Virus record (IMG/VR): IMGVR_UViG_3300035515_000158
DNA: 64,000 bases
Origin: a virus
Lineage: Duplodnaviria; Heunggongvirae; Uroviricota; Caudoviricetes
Strand: one strand, 5' to 3'
Shown here: one piece after another, positions 62,582 through 64,000 of the stretch
Numbering within the stretch: position 1 is the first letter of the stretch
Layout of the letters: each line of letters opens with the position of its first letter
Translations under genes and position numbers: made by a program
The notes under the pieces: model-generated
What the model saw: only the letters and a program-made list of their open reading frames with translations
Told to the model about the DNA's origin: nothing
The model's database searches: none

Positions 62582-63145
62582 TTATGAAGCTTTTACAATG
62601 TGGACTTTCATATTTAGTTTTTCTCCCATATCTTTGACCTCTTTTAAGTTATCCATATTGTCATCAAAGAAAATCAAAGTCTTATAACCATAATTAGCTA
62701 ATGTTTGAATACACTTGGCCTTTTTCTCAGCAACTGAACAATCTGAAGTATCATCACCAGTAGCGAATATTAAATCAGGGTGTATATCAATATCTGCCTT
62801 CTTTAAGAAAAATGAGTGTATCATTCTTTTATTAGAACGAGCGGTTAGAATTGAAATATGAACTCCTTTACGGTACTCTCTTTCCATTGTGTGAAAATAT
62901 GGTTTCAACTCGGCCTCCATTAATTTATTGAGGTCAGTAAATTCATCATATCTAAATGATTCACCTTTTTGTAGTTTATATTCATTATATTCTTGTGAAT
63001 CCAGTTTTCTTACAATCTTATTATTTTTTACAACGAAAACTTTCGCATCTGATTTGATTAGTGTATCATCAATATCAAATACAATTACTTTATCAGAACT
63101 CTTTCCTCTGATAAGAAAGTTTTCAAATGTCATTACATACTTCAT
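62582..63145 (-). CDS. HAD-family phosphatase
   Basis: VFDIDDTL, ILTARS, FFDDN. Confidence 0.85.
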   Translation of the reverse strand: MKYVMTFENFLIRGKSSDKVIVFDIDDTLIKSDAKVFVVKNNKIVRKLDSQEYNEYKLQKGESFRYDEFTDLNKLMEAELKPYFHTMEREYRKGVHISILTARSNKRMIHSFFLKKADIDIHPDLIFATGDDTSDCSVAEKKAKCIQTLANYGYKTLIFFDDNMDNLKEVKDMGEKLNMKVHIVKAS

Positions 63146-63251
63146 CTAACTAAAATTTAACTATTTATAACTATTTATGAGAAAAAACAATGAGTCGAAT
63201 TGTGTTTCACAGTCCGACCCATATCTGATATAAATATAACAAAAAATAAGA

Positions 63252-64000
63252 TTATTTCTCCGTTTCCTCTGTTTCCAATCGCAGACGAACTGTTTTCTTT
63301 ACAGTGTCAATACTTTCTACGGGGAGGATAACAGGATTTCCAACCTTCAAGTTTTCAATGTTTACAACCTTACTTGAGAGGAAGAAAGTGATACCATTAA
63401 ATTCCTCAGAAATGATTACCACACCATTTTCAAATAGGTTCTTAACATTACCTTCCAACATATAGTTTTCAGATTTCTCTACGGTTTCTTTAAGTCTGTC
63501 CCAACCTTCTGACTTACTTACAGTTTGTGTGATTGTTACTCGGTCTCCATTAATGTTGTCAATGTAGAATGAGATATTTTCACCAATTTGTAACTTACCT
63601 TCTTTGAACAATGTTTCGGTTTCATCATTCATTTCAGATACAGAAAGTAGAGTAGGAACACATTTATCAATCAGGATAAACACACCAAAATGTTTTACTG
63701 ATGATACAACTCCTTCAACCAACTGATTCTTTTCAACCTCACTAAGACGATTAATTGTAGCAGGTTTAAGAGTATTCAAGTATTCCTTATGTGAAACAAC
63801 AAGACTATCTTTTGACTCAGCAACAGGCATCACATACATACTCTGTCCTACCATTGTTGTGTAGTCATTCAAAGGAACAACATCGGATTCTGTTCCGGGC
63901 ATGAAACATCTAAGACCACTAACATCGACAATAAAACCATTAAAGGTATTCTGTGAGTTATACACAATTTCCTTAATTGTTGCAGTATAAGCAGATGTAG
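63252..64000 (-). CDS. Ribosomal protein S1-like multi-S1-domain protein; 5' end outside the window
   Basis: GFIVDVSGLRCFMPG, VEGVVSSVKHFGVFI, GNVKNLFENGV S1 repeats. Confidence 0.8.
   Translation of the reverse strand, partial: TSAYTATIKEIVYNSQNTFNGFIVDVSGLRCFMPGTESDVVPLNDYTTMVGQSMYVMPVAESKDSLVVSHKEYLNTLKPATINRLSEVEKNQLVEGVVSSVKHFGVFILIDKCVPTLLSVSEMNDETETLFKEGKLQIGENISFYIDNINGDRVTITQTVSKSEGWDRLKETVEKSENYMLEGNVKNLFENGVVIISEEFNGITFFLSSKVVNIENLKVGNPVILPVESIDTVKKTVRLRLETEETEK

Noticed and set aside
1-64000. TAG stop-codon reassignment as in Lak-type megaphages
   Set aside because: Conserved genes are full length in the standard code; reading through the TAG at 11923 adds only 12 codons and fuses nothing

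Overview
AT-rich, densely coded segment of a T4-related jumbo myophage genome in the standard genetic code. The host is probably Bacteroidota, based on one canonical TTTG-N20-TAnnTTTG promoter, a DUF4494-like gene and starts lacking Shine-Dalgarno sites. In order, the window holds: (1) a VWA / HEXXH-peptidase / AAA ATPase module; (2) Dam; (3) a gp41/DnaB helicase fractured by an atypical split intein with an endonuclease between the halves; (4) UvsX, an FNT channel, a divergent pair of RimK-like ATP-grasp/aspartyl-protease fusions, a PD-(D/E)XK nuclease, GroES, gp47, MetK and a RuvC-like gene; (5) a six-copy array of LRR-like genes with a near-invariant leader, one copy gutted by a TnpB-only element carrying a phage late promoter; (6) a two-gene family B DNA polymerase with an inserted endonuclease; (7) three beta-helix paralogs, one frameshifted at a G9 tract; (8) a candidate ~190-nt structured ncRNA; (9) late and structural genes (gp15, gp55 sigma, gp25, gp6, a probable -1 frameshift gene), a HAD protein and an S1-domain protein. 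Two promoter classes are readable directly: CATAAATA (late) and TTTGTTATnTTTA (replication genes). All family calls come from motif recognition by eye; no searches were run.
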